This document shows positions 21,169 through 31,585 of a stretch of DNA of 64,000 nt, one piece after another; positions within the stretch are counted from its first letter, which is position 1, and each line of letters starts with the position of its first letter. Made by a program: the position numbers and the translations under genes. Source of the stretch: a virus; IMG/VR virus record IMGVR_UViG_3300028299_000132, positions 34,092-98,091 of that record, one strand, 5' to 3'. The notes under the pieces are model-generated. The model saw only the letters and a list, made by a program, of their open reading frames with translations. It did not search any database and was not told the DNA's origin.

Positions 21169-21440
21169 AACACATAACAAGAGAAGAAGCTAAAAATAAT
21201 GTAAAAACAGTTTTGGGTATAAAAGATAAAAGTAGAACCGAAACATATGATAGAATAATGGATGAAATATATGAGTTGATAGAAAAATCATCACTGAGAG
21301 GTTTAGATTTTTGTAGATATTATTTTGATAATGATGAGGAGAAGGAGATTATTGATGATATTATTTTGACTCTAAAAGATGATGGGTTTGGTTATGGAAT
21401 TGATTATAATCTGAAAAAATTAGATGTACGCTGGAAATAA
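21165..21440 (+). CDS. Hypothetical protein
   Basis: 91-aa ORF in a coupled operon. Confidence 0.7.
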   Translation: MKHITREEAKNNVKTVLGIKDKSRTETYDRIMDEIYELIEKSSLRGLDFCRYYFDNDEEKEIIDDIILTLKDDGFGYGIDYNLKKLDVRWK

Positions 21441-21823
21441 TGGATTTTAAAGATATAGTAAATAGTATTTTTATAAATAGGAGTAGATATTCTAAGATTT
21501 CTGATGAAGATAAAGAAAAGAATTTTTTTATTATAAACAGAAAATTTTCAAGAAATTATCCAAAAGTAGCACAATTTTTTAACAATAAATCAATCAATAA
21601 GTGTGACGCGGTGGATCGTTGGTTTATGTTATTTGAAAATGAAAGAAGAATACCTCAATGGTATTGGGGAAATAGAAATAAAAAACAAAAGTCTAATAAT
21701 TTATCAAACAATCAGATATTATTAATGATGGAAAAATTGGAATTACCAGAAAATGATGTTCTATTCTTGAATAAGTACTATAAAGAAGATTTAGATAAAG
21801 AGATAAAAAGATACAAAAATTAA
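21440..21823 (+). CDS. Possible clamp-loader small subunit (T4 gp62-like)
   Basis: EKNFFIINRKFSRNYP..AQFFN resembles the gp62 PFMVNRALS..ANEMN pattern. Confidence 0.45.
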   Translation: MDFKDIVNSIFINRSRYSKISDEDKEKNFFIINRKFSRNYPKVAQFFNNKSINKCDAVDRWFMLFENERRIPQWYWGNRNKKQKSNNLSNNQILLMMEKLELPENDVLFLNKYYKEDLDKEIKRYKN

Positions 21824-22161
21824 TTTATATTTCTTCTAAGTTTTTTAATTTTTTCTGTTGCCCCTAGATTGATTAAATCAATCATTTTTTCTTCTTTTTC
21901 TTTTTTGATATTCATCTCTTCTTCCCATTCTTCATCATCCAATCTAGGTCTTAATAATTTATAATATTTTTCTTTTGGAATTGGTTTAACTTTATTTGAA
22001 CCACAATATTTACAATGGTGTGTTTCTTCATTAAACAGATTATATAACGCGTTACAATCTGGACAATGATAATAGGTTGTTAACACATCTGATGTTGTCA
22101 TTGGTAGATATTCAGTTCCTTTTGGTTGTTCCGCGTATTCGTTAAATCTTTTTAATTTCAT
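21820..22161 (-). CDS. Tagged zinc-ribbon protein
   Basis: MKLKRFNE; CPDC...CKYC. Confidence 0.7.
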   Translation of the reverse strand: MKLKRFNEYAEQPKGTEYLPMTTSDVLTTYYHCPDCNALYNLFNEETHHCKYCGSNKVKPIPKEKYYKLLRPRLDDEEWEEEMNIKKEKEEKMIDLINLGATEKIKKLRRNIN

Positions 22162-22175
22162 ATTTCTTTATTTTT

Positions 22176-23174
22176 TTAATACACATCATCCAACGCCGCC
22201 CAAACTTTGGTTAATTTCTTTTTCAATACTTTTCCAGCGTGTCTTATGTAGTTTTGATATTTTATCATTTCAAATTCTAATTCTTTATCCGATAATAATT
22301 CAAATTCCTTTTGTTTATTTTTATTAACCATTTTTTTAATAAATCCGAATTTTCTTAGTAGTGGTTCATTTTCTGTTATTTCTTTATTGGTTCTTTGTTT
22401 TGTTATAAATTTTAGATATTTAAATAAATAACTAAGAAATTCTTTATCTTCCTGTGTCATATCTAGAAATAATTTATGCATATCAAAATCTTCCATCATG
22501 ATTGCAATATTATAAATATTCCTAGTTCTAAGAGTTTTAACAAAATAATCTCTTTTCCATTTATCTATTAATCTTTTTTGTTCGTCTGTAAATTCACCTT
22601 TTATATTATTCTTTTTTCTGAAGTCATTTATATATTTTTCCATTAATCCTTTTATCTGACCATAAAACTGAACAACATTTGAATTTACCTCAGTATCAGA
22701 CGCTCTATAAAGAAGATATTGAAACATTTGTATATTTCCTTTTTTGAATTCGGTATCGCTATTTAATAGTCTTTCTGATGATCCAGTTATAACATTTCCT
22801 TTCATATCCATTCTTTTACCCAATTTTGTAAACTGTAACGCGTGATTAAGTTCGTGATATATTACACTTTTTTTAAGAGTTCCTAACAATAAATATATTT
22901 CAGAGTTTCCAGATTTGAATTTTTTACTTTTACCCGTATGAAGAGCCGCAAGATTTACTCTACCTTCATCCGCTAATTTTTCATCAACATCTACTGGATC
23001 ATAAACAATAGTTATTTTATTTATATTTAAGTTTCCTGGTATTACATCTCTATGAAATTCATATGTACCTTTACCTTTACCTTGTTTATGTATCATATCT
23101 GATATAAAATCTGATATATCAACAACATCCTGATTTACACCAACTCTTTCATTTAGATAATATAAATATTTCAT
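22176..23174 (-). CDS. Tagged protein with HExxH metalloprotease-like motif
   Basis: Start MKYLYYLNE; IYHELNHA plus downstream TEVNS. Confidence 0.65.
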   Translation of the reverse strand: MKYLYYLNERVGVNQDVVDISDFISDMIHKQGKGKGTYEFHRDVIPGNLNINKITIVYDPVDVDEKLADEGRVNLAALHTGKSKKFKSGNSEIYLLLGTLKKSVIYHELNHALQFTKLGKRMDMKGNVITGSSERLLNSDTEFKKGNIQMFQYLLYRASDTEVNSNVVQFYGQIKGLMEKYINDFRKKNNIKGEFTDEQKRLIDKWKRDYFVKTLRTRNIYNIAIMMEDFDMHKLFLDMTQEDKEFLSYLFKYLKFITKQRTNKEITENEPLLRKFGFIKKMVNKNKQKEFELLSDKELEFEMIKYQNYIRHAGKVLKKKLTKVWAALDDVY

Positions 23175-23292
23175 AACTCTATATATAAAAAAATCATATA
23201 TGATTTTTTTTATTCTAGTTGGAATAAAATCCCCCATTTTTTTAAAACATTATGAATAAATATTCATATAAAAAATAAAAAAATTATACAAA

Positions 23293-23529
23293 ATGGAAAT
23301 ATTAAGACCTCTAGATGTAGAAAAAGTAATACCCGAGAATATTGAAAAGAAAAAGAAATCGGATGAAAAATCAAAAATTGAAACTATTAAACTTATAGAA
23401 ATTAGATTATCCGAATCTATAAAAAAGAAAATTAAGATACCACTATCTAATATAAATAGGAATGTTGTTAGAAATATTGTTAAAGTGTATAGAAAAAATG
23501 GATGGTCTGTAAAATATAGTGATGAATGA
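23293..23529 (+). CDS. Hypothetical protein (C-terminus possibly truncated)
   Basis: 78-aa ORF; frame stays open 18 codons past the TGA. Confidence 0.6.
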   Translation: MEILRPLDVEKVIPENIEKKKKSDEKSKIETIKLIEIRLSESIKKKIKIPLSNINRNVVRNIVKVYRKNGWSVKYSDE

Positions 23530-23601
23530 TCATTTAGATGGATGCTTACATTTAGAACAAAAAGAGGAATATTTAATATTTTTTAAAAAATAAAAAAATA
23601 A

Positions 23602-23725
23602 AATGGGACAATCAATAAAAAAAAGACAATCAAAAAGATATAGTAAAAATCGTTCTAATAAAGTAAAAAATAGAAAATTAATTGAAAATAATATAGAAGT
23701 ATTAAAAAAATTAGAAATAAAATGA
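23602..23725 (+). CDS. Small basic protein (about 40 aa, not in ORF track)
   Basis: MGQSIKKRQSKRYSKNRSNK...LEIK; TGA overlaps next ATG; start approximate. Confidence 0.5.
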
Positions 23726-24696
23726 TTAAATGTGAATTGAGTTTTGATATTACGGATGAAATTGAAATAAATATAAAATGTTTTGATGAATCTGATGTGG
23801 AAAAATTATTTATATTGGAAATATTTGATCTAGATACTAATCTTCGCGTCTTTAATAAGGAGTATTCTATTAAAAAATTTATACATATATGGTGTACATT
23901 AGGCCATGGGATTAAACATTATTATCCATCCTTTCGTGAATTTATTAATGGATACAGAATAAAATTAACCAATTTAGCAACAAATGAAATAGAATTTGAT
24001 GATGTATTATTAACAAAACAATATAGTAGGACGAAGTTTATAGATAAGAACAATTTATTATCCAATAAAGAAGTACAAATGATATATCAAAATTTTATAA
24101 ATTTTTTTAAATTATTAAAAAATAACTGTTTAAATATTAAAGATGATGATATTATTGTTGATCTTGGTAGTTCTATTGGATTATTTACAGCGTACGCATT
24201 GGAACAGAGTCCAAATATAAAATCAATAAATGTTGAAATGAATTCAATATTTCATAATATTTGTTCTGATACATTCAAGGATAATAAAAATATAATTCCA
24301 ATTAATAAAGCGATTTATAAGAATTCAAATGAAACTATTGATATGTATTCGGATGTAGAGAATTTTTCTAGTTTCTCATCTAATATAGTTAATAATAGCA
24401 CATTTGTAAAAAAGATACCAACTATATCTCTAGAAGATATAATAAATAAATACAATTTGGATAGAATATCTTTATTAAAAGTTGATATAGAGGGATATGA
24501 ATATGAATTATTTGAAAATTTAGATGATAACATTTTATCAAAAATAGATAAGATACATCTAGAGTTTCATAAAACAAAAGATAATAATGATAGATTAATT
24601 TTAATAAATAGATTATTAAAATATGGATTTAAGATAAATAATTCTATTGAATCGGATACACTAGATGATAATAATATGTGGAATTTTAATAGGTAA
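23722..24696 (+). CDS. FkbM-family SAM-dependent methyltransferase
   Basis: IVDLGSSIGLFT, INKAI, LLKVDIEGYEYE, IHLEFH. Confidence 0.85.
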   Translation: MIKCELSFDITDEIEINIKCFDESDVEKLFILEIFDLDTNLRVFNKEYSIKKFIHIWCTLGHGIKHYYPSFREFINGYRIKLTNLATNEIEFDDVLLTKQYSRTKFIDKNNLLSNKEVQMIYQNFINFFKLLKNNCLNIKDDDIIVDLGSSIGLFTAYALEQSPNIKSINVEMNSIFHNICSDTFKDNKNIIPINKAIYKNSNETIDMYSDVENFSSFSSNIVNNSTFVKKIPTISLEDIINKYNLDRISLLKVDIEGYEYELFENLDDNILSKIDKIHLEFHKTKDNNDRLILINRLLKYGFKINNSIESDTLDDNNMWNFNR

Positions 24697-24738
24697 TATG
24701 TTCACATTATTTTTTGTAAATAAAAAAAATTAAAAAAA

Positions 24739-25683
24739 ATGAATAAAAATAGCATAATATATGTCGCTGGACATAAGGGAATGGTTGGTAATGAAATATA
24801 TCAAACACTTGTTAATCAAGGATATACAAATATTGTAACAAAATCATTTGAAGAATTGGATTTACGAAAACAAGATTATGTTGAACATTTTTTTATAAAG
24901 GAAAGACTAGAATATGTATTTATCGCGGCGGCGAAAGTTGGTGGTATAATCGCTAATTCAACATATCCCGCAGAATTTTTGTATGATAATATAATGATTC
25001 AGACAAATATAATACATTGTGCGTATAAATATGGGGTTAAAAAGTTGGTTTTCCTTGGATCTAGTTGCATTTACCCAAAGATGTGTCCACAACCAATTAA
25101 AGAAGAATATCTGTTATCAGGATATTTAGAACCAACCAACGACGCGTACGCGATAGCGAAAATTTCTGGTATAATGATGTGTAATAAATATAATAAACAA
25201 TATGGAACAAAATTTATCTCATTAATGCCTACTAATCTATATGGTAGTATTAATGATAATTATGATTTGGAAAAATCTCATGTTCTTCCAGCGATGATTC
25301 GTAAATTTCACGAAGCTAAAAAACAAGATAAACCATTTATGGAATTGTGGGGAACAGGAAGTCCAATGAGAGAGTTTCTTCATGTTCGTGATATGGCGGA
25401 ATCCGCGGTATATTGTATGTTGAATTATGAAGATTACTCTGAACATGTTAATATCGGAACAGGTGTTGATGTAACAATAAAACAAGTCGCTGGAATAGTT
25501 AAAGATATAGTTGGATATGAAGGTGAAATAAGATGGGACACAACAAAACCAGATGGTACACCTAGAAAACTATTAGATGTTTCAAAAATAAATAATATGG
25601 GATGGAAACATACAATAGATATAGAAGATGGTATTAAAATGACTTATAAGGAATTGTTGGAAAAACATAAATTATTTAATTAA
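24739..25683 (+). CDS. fcl: GDP-L-fucose synthase
   Basis: YVAGHKGMVG, AAAKVGGI.AN, FLGSSCIYPK, YAIAKI, PTNLYG, WGTGSPMREFLHV, KPDGTPRKLLDVS. Confidence 0.95.
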   Translation: MNKNSIIYVAGHKGMVGNEIYQTLVNQGYTNIVTKSFEELDLRKQDYVEHFFIKERLEYVFIAAAKVGGIIANSTYPAEFLYDNIMIQTNIIHCAYKYGVKKLVFLGSSCIYPKMCPQPIKEEYLLSGYLEPTNDAYAIAKISGIMMCNKYNKQYGTKFISLMPTNLYGSINDNYDLEKSHVLPAMIRKFHEAKKQDKPFMELWGTGSPMREFLHVRDMAESAVYCMLNYEDYSEHVNIGTGVDVTIKQVAGIVKDIVGYEGEIRWDTTKPDGTPRKLLDVSKINNMGWKHTIDIEDGIKMTYKELLEKHKLFN

Positions 25684-25740
25684 TAATATTCTATTTTTTC
25701 TTTTTTATCAAGAAGATAAAATTTGTTATTTACTTTGAGT

Positions 25741-26796
25741 TCAAAGTTTTATATTTTTTAGTTGTGGATCATATTCATAACTAAAATTATTATCTGCTTC
25801 ATATTTTCTAATCATTCTAATCAATTTTTCTATTTTTGGATAGTTTTTGTATATTATTAAAACTTTATTAAGGTCTTTAGTCTTATTGGGATCAAATCTA
25901 CCTCCTGTGGTTATTTCAGAACTATCCATAGTACTTTTTCTATGGAAGTCTATTATGTAATAGAAATCTGGATCTTTTAATATTTTTCTTATAACTTTTC
26001 TTCCATCATATGTAGATTCCTCATCTACTATTAAATATCCACAATGTTTTATAAACGATTTAAATACTTTATATCCAAATCCAATATTTTTTATCATACT
26101 TGAAAGATGTATAAATCCTTGCATATGTGCAGTAAATCTAATATGACCAAAATGTGACTTTTCATCTCTTTTACTCAAAAAGAAAAACCATTTATTTTTC
26201 TCATTTTCAACTCCAACAGACGAGATTAATCCCAATCTTTCTATTTTATTCTCTAGATTTTTATTTTTCAATTTGAGAAAATATCTTTTATCTCCTGGAT
26301 ACCGCGTCCCTTTTCTTTCTATAAAATAAATATCCTCATCTGATATATTTTTCAGTTTATTAATAACATTATTTATTTCAAATCTTTTTATAAAATTAGG
26401 TTTATGGGTTGATCTTTTAAATATAGCACGATCTTTTATGTTACTTAAGAAAAAATTTGGATTGTCTTTGTACCACTCTTCTGTTATATTTTCTTTAATA
26501 TATTGTATTTTTTCTCTTTCATCTAATAGATAGAATCTATTATCAACTTTTAATTCAAATTCTCCAATTTTATTCTTTTTAACATCTTGTAATATACCCT
26601 CAACATATTTTGACCACCAATCTACTTTAAACCTAACTTGTTTACCTATTAGTTGTTTAAGATTCAGATAGTTTTCTTCATGTTTTAATGACGAATTTGT
26701 AAAAGGATTATCATATTCTAATGTTGTGTATGGTTCATATTCTTCCCAGTCCATATCATCAAAATCAATATCTTCAAATAATTTTATATATCTCAT
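25741..26796 (-). CDS. Tagged protein with C-terminal GNAT-like domain
   Basis: MRYIKLFEDIDFDDMDWEEYEP; KNIGFGYKVFKSFIK..DPDFYY shared with 38362-39072. Confidence 0.7.
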   Translation of the reverse strand: MRYIKLFEDIDFDDMDWEEYEPYTTLEYDNPFTNSSLKHEENYLNLKQLIGKQVRFKVDWWSKYVEGILQDVKKNKIGEFELKVDNRFYLLDEREKIQYIKENITEEWYKDNPNFFLSNIKDRAIFKRSTHKPNFIKRFEINNVINKLKNISDEDIYFIERKGTRYPGDKRYFLKLKNKNLENKIERLGLISSVGVENEKNKWFFFLSKRDEKSHFGHIRFTAHMQGFIHLSSMIKNIGFGYKVFKSFIKHCGYLIVDEESTYDGRKVIRKILKDPDFYYIIDFHRKSTMDSSEITTGGRFDPNKTKDLNKVLIIYKNYPKIEKLIRMIRKYEADNNFSYEYDPQLKNIKL

Positions 26797-26807
26797 AGAG
26801 ATATATA

Positions 26808-27320
26808 TTAAAAATACATTATGTATTTTTCATCAAAATGTGTTTTATTCTCGTCTAGAACTTTATAGAAATTAGTTGGATTATTTTCTTGTGAATTTTT
26901 AATCATCATTTCTAATGATTCTTTACTAACATCAATATCACATTTAATTGATTCAAATATATCTTTTATAACATCTATTTTTTCAACAATATTCTCAATT
27001 GAATGATTATTACCTATATTTATTATGTATTCTGTACTAAAATAATCTTCATATTCATAATAATCATATTTTTCAAGTAAATAATTATATTCATATGGAA
27101 CTAGATTTTCATCTTTGGAAAATATTTCTATTATATCACCATTTCTTTTTCCTCTATAGACATAAATACTGTTTAATTCAACTATGTTATCAATATTTTT
27201 GTGTTCCCATTTATTCCCCCACACTTCTGTTAATCTTTTTTTTAATAATTCAGGAAATTCTCTACTGCTTATAGTATCCGTTTCTGGATAAACACTAATT
27301 ATTAAATAATAACTCTCCAT
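26808..27320 (-). CDS. Hypothetical protein
   Basis: 170-aa ORF. Confidence 0.65.
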   Translation of the reverse strand: MESYYLIISVYPETDTISSREFPELLKKRLTEVWGNKWEHKNIDNIVELNSIYVYRGKRNGDIIEIFSKDENLVPYEYNYLLEKYDYYEYEDYFSTEYIINIGNNHSIENIVEKIDVIKDIFESIKCDIDVSKESLEMMIKNSQENNPTNFYKVLDENKTHFDEKYIMYF

Positions 27321-27325
27321 TTTAT

Positions 27326-28072
27326 TTAATTAATTTTTGATTTGATATATTCAAATATTTTATTTTTTATATTATCTCGTTTTTCTCCTTCTAGTAACAA
27401 GTCAAATAATTGATTAAAATATTTATTATCAATTATTTGTTTAAACATAAATTGTGAATTAAAATCAAATGCCCATGATAACATTAATAATGTTAAGTCA
27501 GTATCAGATTTTATTTCACTATAATTTTTTGTTTGTTCATTCATTATTAATTTATAAAAACCATCATCTATTTCTGTTATTTTGTTGTTGTCAATGTAAT
27601 ATTTTATATGTACTCTATAAATATCCAATTTATCAAAATCTCTGATTAATTTACAATAATGTAATGTTTCATCATCACAATCGTTAGTTAAAGAGAATTT
27701 GTTATGATTAAATATAGACGATGATATAATATTTCTTTCTTTTTCAGAAAAATCTTCTAATAAATTTTCATTATTTATAACTTTACACCCTAGATATCCA
27801 TGATCAACAGATTTAAAATCATCAAATGTCTGATATATATCTAATTGTGAGAATCTTCCAATATCATGAAATAATGAAATGAATTTTAAAACTTTTTCAT
27901 TTTCTTTTAATTTACTTTCTTTTAAGTATTTTATTGAATTTCCATAAACATAAAATGAGTGTTCCTTTTTTACATCTATATGTTTTTGTCTGTCTTTATC
28001 ATCATATATGAACTTATCTGTGTAGTTCTTAAAAAATTTAATATATTCCTTCATTTTTATATATCTTTTCAA
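27326..28072 (-). CDS. HD-domain phosphohydrolase
   Basis: KEHS, LFHDIGRFSQ, SVDHG, IFNHN, IRDFDKLDI. Confidence 0.9.
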   Translation of the reverse strand: MKRYIKMKEYIKFFKNYTDKFIYDDKDRQKHIDVKKEHSFYVYGNSIKYLKESKLKENEKVLKFISLFHDIGRFSQLDIYQTFDDFKSVDHGYLGCKVINNENLLEDFSEKERNIISSSIFNHNKFSLTNDCDDETLHYCKLIRDFDKLDIYRVHIKYYIDNNKITEIDDGFYKLIMNEQTKNYSEIKSDTDLTLLMLSWAFDFNSQFMFKQIIDNKYFNQLFDLLLEGEKRDNIKNKIFEYIKSKIN

Positions 28073-28135
28073 AAATTATATTCCAAAAACATTAAAATGT
28101 TTCCTTATATTTTAATATATAAAATAAAAACAAAT

Positions 28136-29131
28136 ATGAGAAACTTTTTTTATCAAATCAGATTTTATTTTTATTTGATTTTCACAAATAGATTTAAAAA
28201 AGAAACAATAAATTCAATCAGTAAAGATGGGTGGATATTAATATTCAATGATGAGTTTGAAGGAACCGAGTTAGATAAAACTAAATGGGCAACCGAAGAA
28301 CCTTGGATAGTTAAAAATGGAACAGCGTGGATTGATAGTCAAGTATTAGTTAAAGATGGTGAGTGTTTGTTAACATCAGATAATTATTGTGGGACTCTTC
28401 CAATTATTGATTGTAATGGTGAACATTATGATGTTAAAACATGTAGTGGTCAAATATTTACATACCCATCGTTATATAAAAAATATGGGTATTATGAAAC
28501 TAGAACCAAGGTTCTTCCAGGTGGTATAAGATATTGGCCCGCGTTTTGGTTCGCATCTCGTGAATCTTGGCCACCAGAAATTGACCAATACGAATATATG
28601 GCGGCTGGTGACACTCGTAGAATGACAATGACATATCATTGGTTATCTGATAAAGAGAATTGGGATGAGATTTGGAGTTTGATAAATGAATGTCACAAAA
28701 AAGGTTTTCTTCCGACTGTTTTATCAACTATAAACGAAAATATCAAATATATGCAGAATCCTAACGAACCACCACCTTGGAGTTCAGAAAAACAAACATA
28801 TATAGATAAATTAAATTCTTTAAGAATTCATAAAATGCATGTCACTGGGTTGAATAATATGGATTTTGATAAACATTATCATACATATGGAATGAAATGG
28901 GAAGAAGGTAAGAATGGTGAAAAAGATAGAATAACTTGGTATTTTGATAATTTAGCTGTTAAAACATTAAGAGATGGTCAATGGGTGAATTTTGGTAAAT
29001 ATGTACAATTACCTGAACATCCAATGTATACTATTATTGGTAATGGATCGACTCCAGGTTATGAATTTTTACCAGGACAACATCCCGCGAGTGTTCGTGT
29101 AAGTTATTTTAGGTGTTATATAGAAAAATGA
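28136..29131 (+). CDS. Glycoside hydrolase family 16
   Basis: LIFNDEFEG, KYGYYETR, WPAFW, EIDQYE catalytic ExDxxE, YHTYGMKW. Confidence 0.85.
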   Translation: MRNFFYQIRFYFYLIFTNRFKKETINSISKDGWILIFNDEFEGTELDKTKWATEEPWIVKNGTAWIDSQVLVKDGECLLTSDNYCGTLPIIDCNGEHYDVKTCSGQIFTYPSLYKKYGYYETRTKVLPGGIRYWPAFWFASRESWPPEIDQYEYMAAGDTRRMTMTYHWLSDKENWDEIWSLINECHKKGFLPTVLSTINENIKYMQNPNEPPPWSSEKQTYIDKLNSLRIHKMHVTGLNNMDFDKHYHTYGMKWEEGKNGEKDRITWYFDNLAVKTLRDGQWVNFGKYVQLPEHPMYTIIGNGSTPGYEFLPGQHPASVRVSYFRCYIEK

Positions 29132-29144
29132 TTATATTTAAATT

Positions 29145-29486
29145 ATGGATATAAATATTAATTGGTTCAAAGATGAATCTTTTACGGAAATGATGCTGAT
29201 ATTAAGTAGAATTCTTAATAAGTTTATGATAAGAAGAGATAGATTTAAAATAGATAAATATCCTGATTTATTTATGAATTTATTGGAATTTGAATTAAAA
29301 CAATTAGATGATATTTATGATTGTTCTTATGATAGTCGTACAGGAATTATATCATTTTTCTGTAGAACTTACGAAATAACATATTGTGCTGATATAGAGC
29401 TATATACATCTAGTTTTGATGTTATGAAGGAATATATTGTTGATTCAACAACTGGTGAAATTATAGAAGAGTTTAATTCTTATTAA
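29145..29486 (+). CDS. Hypothetical protein
   Basis: 113-aa ORF. Confidence 0.6.
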   Translation: MDININWFKDESFTEMMLILSRILNKFMIRRDRFKIDKYPDLFMNLLEFELKQLDDIYDCSYDSRTGIISFFCRTYEITYCADIELYTSSFDVMKEYIVDSTTGEIIEEFNSY

Positions 29487-29821
29487 AGAATTGTTCTTTT
29501 CATCATTCTATTTTTGATTATTTCTTCAGAATGACTGTCCCATTCAATAAAAAATTCATTCTTTTCAAATTCTTTTACATTTTTAATGAAATTTTCATCT
29601 TCATAAAACATTACAAATGAATTAGTTACAGAATTATCTTTTATTTTTTCATATTCATTTAAAATTTTTTTGTACTTTCTAATGGATTCGTTGTATCTAT
29701 CCAATATGGTATCATAATCATCATATGATGATGGTGAGTTAAAATCAACCATTTTAACTACTGATGGCTTTGGTGGTGGAACCACTGTTAATCTTTTGTA
29801 ATATAATACACACTGAAACAT
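29483..29821 (-). CDS. Hypothetical protein
   Basis: 112-aa ORF downstream of a Bacteroidota-type promoter. Confidence 0.6.
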   Translation of the reverse strand: MFQCVLYYKRLTVVPPPKPSVVKMVDFNSPSSYDDYDTILDRYNESIRKYKKILNEYEKIKDNSVTNSFVMFYEDENFIKNVKEFEKNEFFIEWDSHSEEIIKNRMMKRTIL

Positions 29822-29856
29822 ATATATATATATTAATTATTTAATTTCTTCTATTA

Positions 29857-29888
29857 CAAAGATACAAAAAATTTAATTATTATACAAA
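29857..29888 (-). promoter_or_regulatory. Bacteroidota sigmaA-type promoter
   Basis: TTTG-N20-TATCTTTG on the minus strand. Confidence 0.75.
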
Positions 29889-29892
29889 AATG

Positions 29893-30174
29893 TTATGGGT
29901 TTCTAGAATAACATCTATTTTTCGATTCTTCCATTGATTCTATTCCAAAATTATAATAACATTCTCTATTTGATATTGCTTTTATACGACCACCTATCAT
30001 CCAACCACAACTCTTATTACTAACTATAGCGTTTTTACTTTCATTAATCCAAAATATTTGTGGTGATTCATCAAGAAATTTATCAATATTATCATATTGA
30101 TGTTTTTCAACATATTCTTTACTGAATATTGATTGAAACATCCATTTTGGTTTATCAAATAATAACTCTTCCAT
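29893..30174 (-). CDS. Hypothetical protein
   Basis: 93-aa ORF. Confidence 0.6.
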   Translation of the reverse strand: MEELLFDKPKWMFQSIFSKEYVEKHQYDNIDKFLDESPQIFWINESKNAIVSNKSCGWMIGGRIKAISNRECYYNFGIESMEESKNRCYSRNP

Positions 30175-30191
30175 ATTTTAATTTAAATTTT

Positions 30192-30503
30192 TTAATCATA
30201 TTTGTCAATTAGTGGTTTTATTAATAAATATACAACATAACAAACAAAACTACCTATGAATCCATATAATATGTAATATATATCAGACAAATAAAATATA
30301 AATCCATTTCTTTCATTTAATAATATAATAAATTGAAAAATTATAGCAACATAGAATCCCACACACTGACTGCAACTAATTAATTTTCCTAGGTGATTAT
30401 TAATATTACAAGCTTTTTCTCTTATTGGTTTAAAGATATATGATTGTGTTATTATTAATGTTGCTCCTATTGTGGATAATATTAATATTAAAAATGTTAA
30501 CAT
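30192..30503 (-). CDS. DUF1360-like membrane protein with CxxC
   Basis: IFKPIRE...KLISCSQCVGFYV, three hydrophobic segments. Confidence 0.65.
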   Translation of the reverse strand: MLTFLILILSTIGATLIITQSYIFKPIREKACNINNHLGKLISCSQCVGFYVAIIFQFIILLNERNGFIFYLSDIYYILYGFIGSFVCYVVYLLIKPLIDKYD

Positions 30504-30544
30504 TTAGAGTTTTTCAATTTTTGGGGGACTTTTAATCCCCCTCC

Positions 30545-30598
30545 CTAACAGCCATTTGAACAATGAGCTACTGGTCTTAACATAAATCTTTTTATCAT
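30545..30598 (-). CDS. 17-aa Cys-containing leader peptide ending in TAG
   Basis: MIKRFMLRPVAHCSNGC*, after a TAATATATA motif and followed by a GGGGGA/TCCCCC hairpin. Confidence 0.5.
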   Translation of the reverse strand: MIKRFMLRPVAHCSNGC

Positions 30599-30626
30599 AT
30601 GTTTTTTATTTTATATATTAAAAAAG

Positions 30627-31325
30627 TTAAAGTTGAATTATTTTCCATTTCCCATCCATCGTTTCACATAACGCGGTATAATGTTCTTTACAATCACCAC
30701 TATTCATATATTTTAGGTCTTCACGAATCTCTGGATAATGAATATGACCACAAATAATATAATCAACAGAATGTTTTTTTAATATATTTTTGATTCGTAA
30801 TTTATAAAAACTTATAATTTTTAATCCATTTTTGAAAAACAATTTTGAGTTTTCTGTAAGTGATTCAAATTCATCATCTTTGATAATTTTTATCTTTTTC
30901 TTAAATACTATACCACTATGGTGTTTTTTTATTTTTGATAGAATTCTAATAGTATAATTAAATAATCCAAGTAGTAATTTACTATCAGTTATTGGATTTT
31001 TGAATACTCCATTATGACCGTGATGTATGAAATATTTTTTGCCAAAACTTTCATATATGAAATAATCATAATTTTTAAATTTTGGATTTTTATCGTGATT
31101 ACCATTTATATAAATAACATCATAATTATCTATAAGGTTTTTTAGATATCTTATTATTTTTTCATCTAGCTGTAACCATTGTCTTTCTAAGTATAGATAA
31201 TCAATTATATCTCCGCATAGGAATAATTTTTCAAAAGAGTTTTTATTTATAAATTTTATAACTCTCTTATAATCAGATGATGGTGAACATAGATGTAAAT
31301 CTGATAATATTATGGTTTTAAACAT
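30627..31325 (-). CDS. Calcineurin-like metallophosphoesterase (LpxH/YbbF-like)
   Basis: SDLHL, GDIID, GNHD, HHGH, CGHIHYP, YMNSGD. Confidence 0.85.
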   Translation of the reverse strand: MFKTIILSDLHLCSPSSDYKRVIKFINKNSFEKLFLCGDIIDYLYLERQWLQLDEKIIRYLKNLIDNYDVIYINGNHDKNPKFKNYDYFIYESFGKKYFIHHGHNGVFKNPITDSKLLLGLFNYTIRILSKIKKHHSGIVFKKKIKIIKDDEFESLTENSKLFFKNGLKIISFYKLRIKNILKKHSVDYIICGHIHYPEIREDLKYMNSGDCKEHYTALCETMDGKWKIIQL

Positions 31326-31585
31326 TTTATATTCCCCTTCTCATCATTTATTTTAATAGTATCTGAATCTTTATATCCGTAAAAACTTGAATCTGTTCTT
31401 ACCCATATATCATATCCATCTGGAGTTTCTAACATCAGCCAACAACTGTTGTCAGTACATTCGTGGTCTATGATAACATAATTATTATAAATTTCATTAA
31501 AATTTTTACCTCTATCAAAATCAATAATGAATAATAGACTAACGAATATAACGATAAATGTTAATATAACTATAATCTTTCTCAT
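31310..31585 (-). CDS. Small membrane-anchored protein
   Basis: N-terminal TM. Confidence 0.6.
   Translation of the reverse strand: MRKIIVILTFIVIFVSLLFIIDFDRGKNFNEIYNNYVIIDHECTDNSCWLMLETPDGYDIWVRTDSSFYGYKDSDTIKINDEKGNIKCLKP

Noticed and set aside
23527-23586. TGA read-through or selenocysteine in the 23293 gene
   Set aside because: Single case, no SECIS-like hairpin or Cys-type context; an alternative frame is equally plausible.
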